From IMG/VR virus record IMGVR_UViG_3300042010_000106, positions 248,001-312,000 of that record: 64,000 bases of DNA; one strand, given 5' to 3'. Positions 62,485-64,000 of this stretch are shown here, one piece after another (the first letter of the stretch is position 1; each line of letters starts with the position of its first letter). Made by a program: the position numbers and the translations under genes. The notes under the pieces were generated by a model. That model did no database searches. It had not been told where the DNA came from and saw only the letters and a program-made list of their open reading frames with translations.

Positions 62485-64000
62485 AATTCACGGCAATAGA
62501 AAAGCGTGCGATGAAAGCAGACCCATTGGGGTTTGCTGCCGCGACACCTCGGAAAAAGCTAGGACAAATAATCGACGAATTGGAAGCCCGTTACAGCGAC
62601 CCGGAACAGGAATCGCCTTTGTCGGATGAACAATACGATTTGATTCACGATTATTACTGGAAGGGCAGAAAGAAACCTGCGAAGAAAGTGGGCGGTGTTA
62701 AGAACGTTGACATCACCCTTGAAGTTCCGATGAATAGTCTGGACAAATTCCGAACTGTTTCTGCCAACAAACAAGCCATCTTTATGCGTGCGACAAGCTA
62801 CGTTATTTCCGACAAGGAAGACGGGATTAGTTTGGCGATTACGTATGACGGTGGCGTTCCTGTTTTGGCAACAACACGCGGTGAAACTGGTTTAGTCGGT
62901 AAGAACGTGAGCAAGGTTATTCCGCTCCTGAACATACCGAAGAAAATCGCTTACAAAAAACGCTTTATGGTTCGCGCAGAATTCACCATCGACACGAAGG
63001 TGTTTAAGAAGCATTTTCCTGACGATAAAACTGGCCGTAACACAGCCGGTGGTTTGTTGAACCGCGACGTACCAGACAAAAATATTGCCAAGTTCCGCGT
63101 CATTTGTTACGAAATCCTCATGGGTAAAAATGCGGGGCACAAACTTAGCGACCAGCTTGAATTGCTCAAGAAATATGGTTTCGATGTTGTGCCCTACATT
63201 GTCGTTGACAAGATCAACGAAGAATTGTTAACCGACCTGCACAACCAACGCAAGAAGGATGCAGGCCGCGACATCGACGGCATTGTCGTCGCCAAAAACC
63301 AACCGTACGTGGTTACTCCCGGCTATCCAGATTATTCATACGCGTTCAAAATAAACAGCCTTGAAACCGCTGTGCGTATTGTGGTCGAAGATGTTGTTTG
63401 GGAAGAAACACGGTACGGAAAATGGTTCCCCCGCATCATGATTCCACCGACCATAATCGGCGGTGTGGAAGTGTCCTTTTTTACCGGTCATAACAACTTC
63501 TACATCGAACACGGTTATCTGAAACCGAAAAAGAAAAAGGGCGAGAAAGTTGCAAAGGTTCCACACGAACCGCGCCCGATCAATAAAGGAGCTGTGATTC
63601 TTGCTGTACGTAGCGGCGACGTAATCCCCTATGTCATGCAAGTAGTGAAGGGCGCTAAAAAAGCGTCTAAGCCTAAAGCCAACTACGCAGAAGACGGCGT
63701 GCACTTGCGCGTTGTTTATTCACACGAAGAAGGAAAGACAAATACACGTGTGGTCAAAGAGCTAGCCCATTTCTTTTCGGAACTGGAAGTAGACGGCCTC
63801 AAACGTGGCGGTGTGCAAATCCTCGTTGATTCAGGTTATGACACTGTTAAAAAGATTCTGAAAATGTCGCGTGTCGAAGCGCAAAGCCTACCGGGTTTTG
63901 CCGATAAGAGCGGCGCACAATTACATAAGGCATTGAAAGCCTGCAAACCACGCATGACATTCTTGAACGTTGCACGTGGGTCAGCCGCTTTCGGTGAAGG
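62481..64000 (+). CDS. ligA: NAD+-dependent DNA ligase (runs off the right edge; absent from the ORF track)
   Basis: Manual translation from 62481: SDEQYD, PMNSLDK, KEDG (adenylation), TTRG, VRAEF, RNTAGG, DIDGIVV, AFK, VSFFTGHN, RSGDVIP. Confidence 0.95.
   Translation, partial: MKFTAIEKRAMKADPLGFAAATPRKKLGQIIDELEARYSDPEQESPLSDEQYDLIHDYYWKGRKKPAKKVGGVKNVDITLEVPMNSLDKFRTVSANKQAIFMRATSYVISDKEDGISLAITYDGGVPVLATTRGETGLVGKNVSKVIPLLNIPKKIAYKKRFMVRAEFTIDTKVFKKHFPDDKTGRNTAGGLLNRDVPDKNIAKFRVICYEILMGKNAGHKLSDQLELLKKYGFDVVPYIVVDKINEELLTDLHNQRKKDAGRDIDGIVVAKNQPYVVTPGYPDYSYAFKINSLETAVRIVVEDVVWEETRYGKWFPRIMIPPTIIGGVEVSFFTGHNNFYIEHGYLKPKKKKGEKVAKVPHEPRPINKGAVILAVRSGDVIPYVMQVVKGAKKASKPKANYAEDGVHLRVVYSHEEGKTNTRVVKELAHFFSELEVDGLKRGGVQILVDSGYDTVKKILKMSRVEAQSLPGFADKSGAQLHKALKACKPRMTFLNVARGSAAFGE

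Noticed and set aside
1-64000. tRNA/rRNA genes and stop-codon reassignment
   Set aside because: No cloverleaf with T-loop GTTCRA in intergenic DNA was seen. Coding density is high under the standard code, with conserved enzymes intact.

Overview
This is a 64 kb segment of a lytic jumbo myophage genome: dense, mostly co-directional genes with ATGA/TGATG-coupled starts, a standard genetic code, and no tRNA, rRNA, CRISPR array or integrase that I could recognise. It encodes a near-complete replication/recombination set: GyrB-type topoisomerase (cut by the left edge), DnaG-like primase, DnaX-like clamp loader, beta-clamp-like protein, family A DNA polymerase with an N-terminal UDG-like domain, SbcC/SbcD (Rad50/Mre11), RuvC-like resolvase, Cas4-like nuclease, SF2 helicase and NAD-dependent ligase (cut by the right edge). 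It also carries virion/late genes: tail sheath, Ig-like tail appendage proteins, a probable neck protein, a 470-aa histone H1-like protein and a 2004-aa SNF2-family ATPase. The gene content resembles the Lu11/PaBG/RSL1/Erwinia Y3-type jumbo phages, but that placement is an inference without a database search. The most interesting signals are these. (1) A 63-aa ORF carries an 11-residue copy of the EF-Tu G1 region (VGTIGHVDHGK). (2) A 9-residue motif D-V-[VI]-[VLF]-[DN]-[VI]-S-G-G is shared by four otherwise unrelated proteins and is conserved at protein but not codon level, suggesting a targeting or processing tag; a recurrent xAT[AG]S motif may be a maturation-cleavage signal. (3) A recurring ACTGTAAA promoter-like box precedes replication genes and at three sites follows a related hairpin; two of those hairpins match at 31/32 nt, 41 kb apart. 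(4) A ~750 nt hairpin-, G-tract- and AT-rich region is a candidate origin. (5) There is a five-member paralogue array of small proteins, and lysine-rich tails recur on the DNA-metabolism enzymes.
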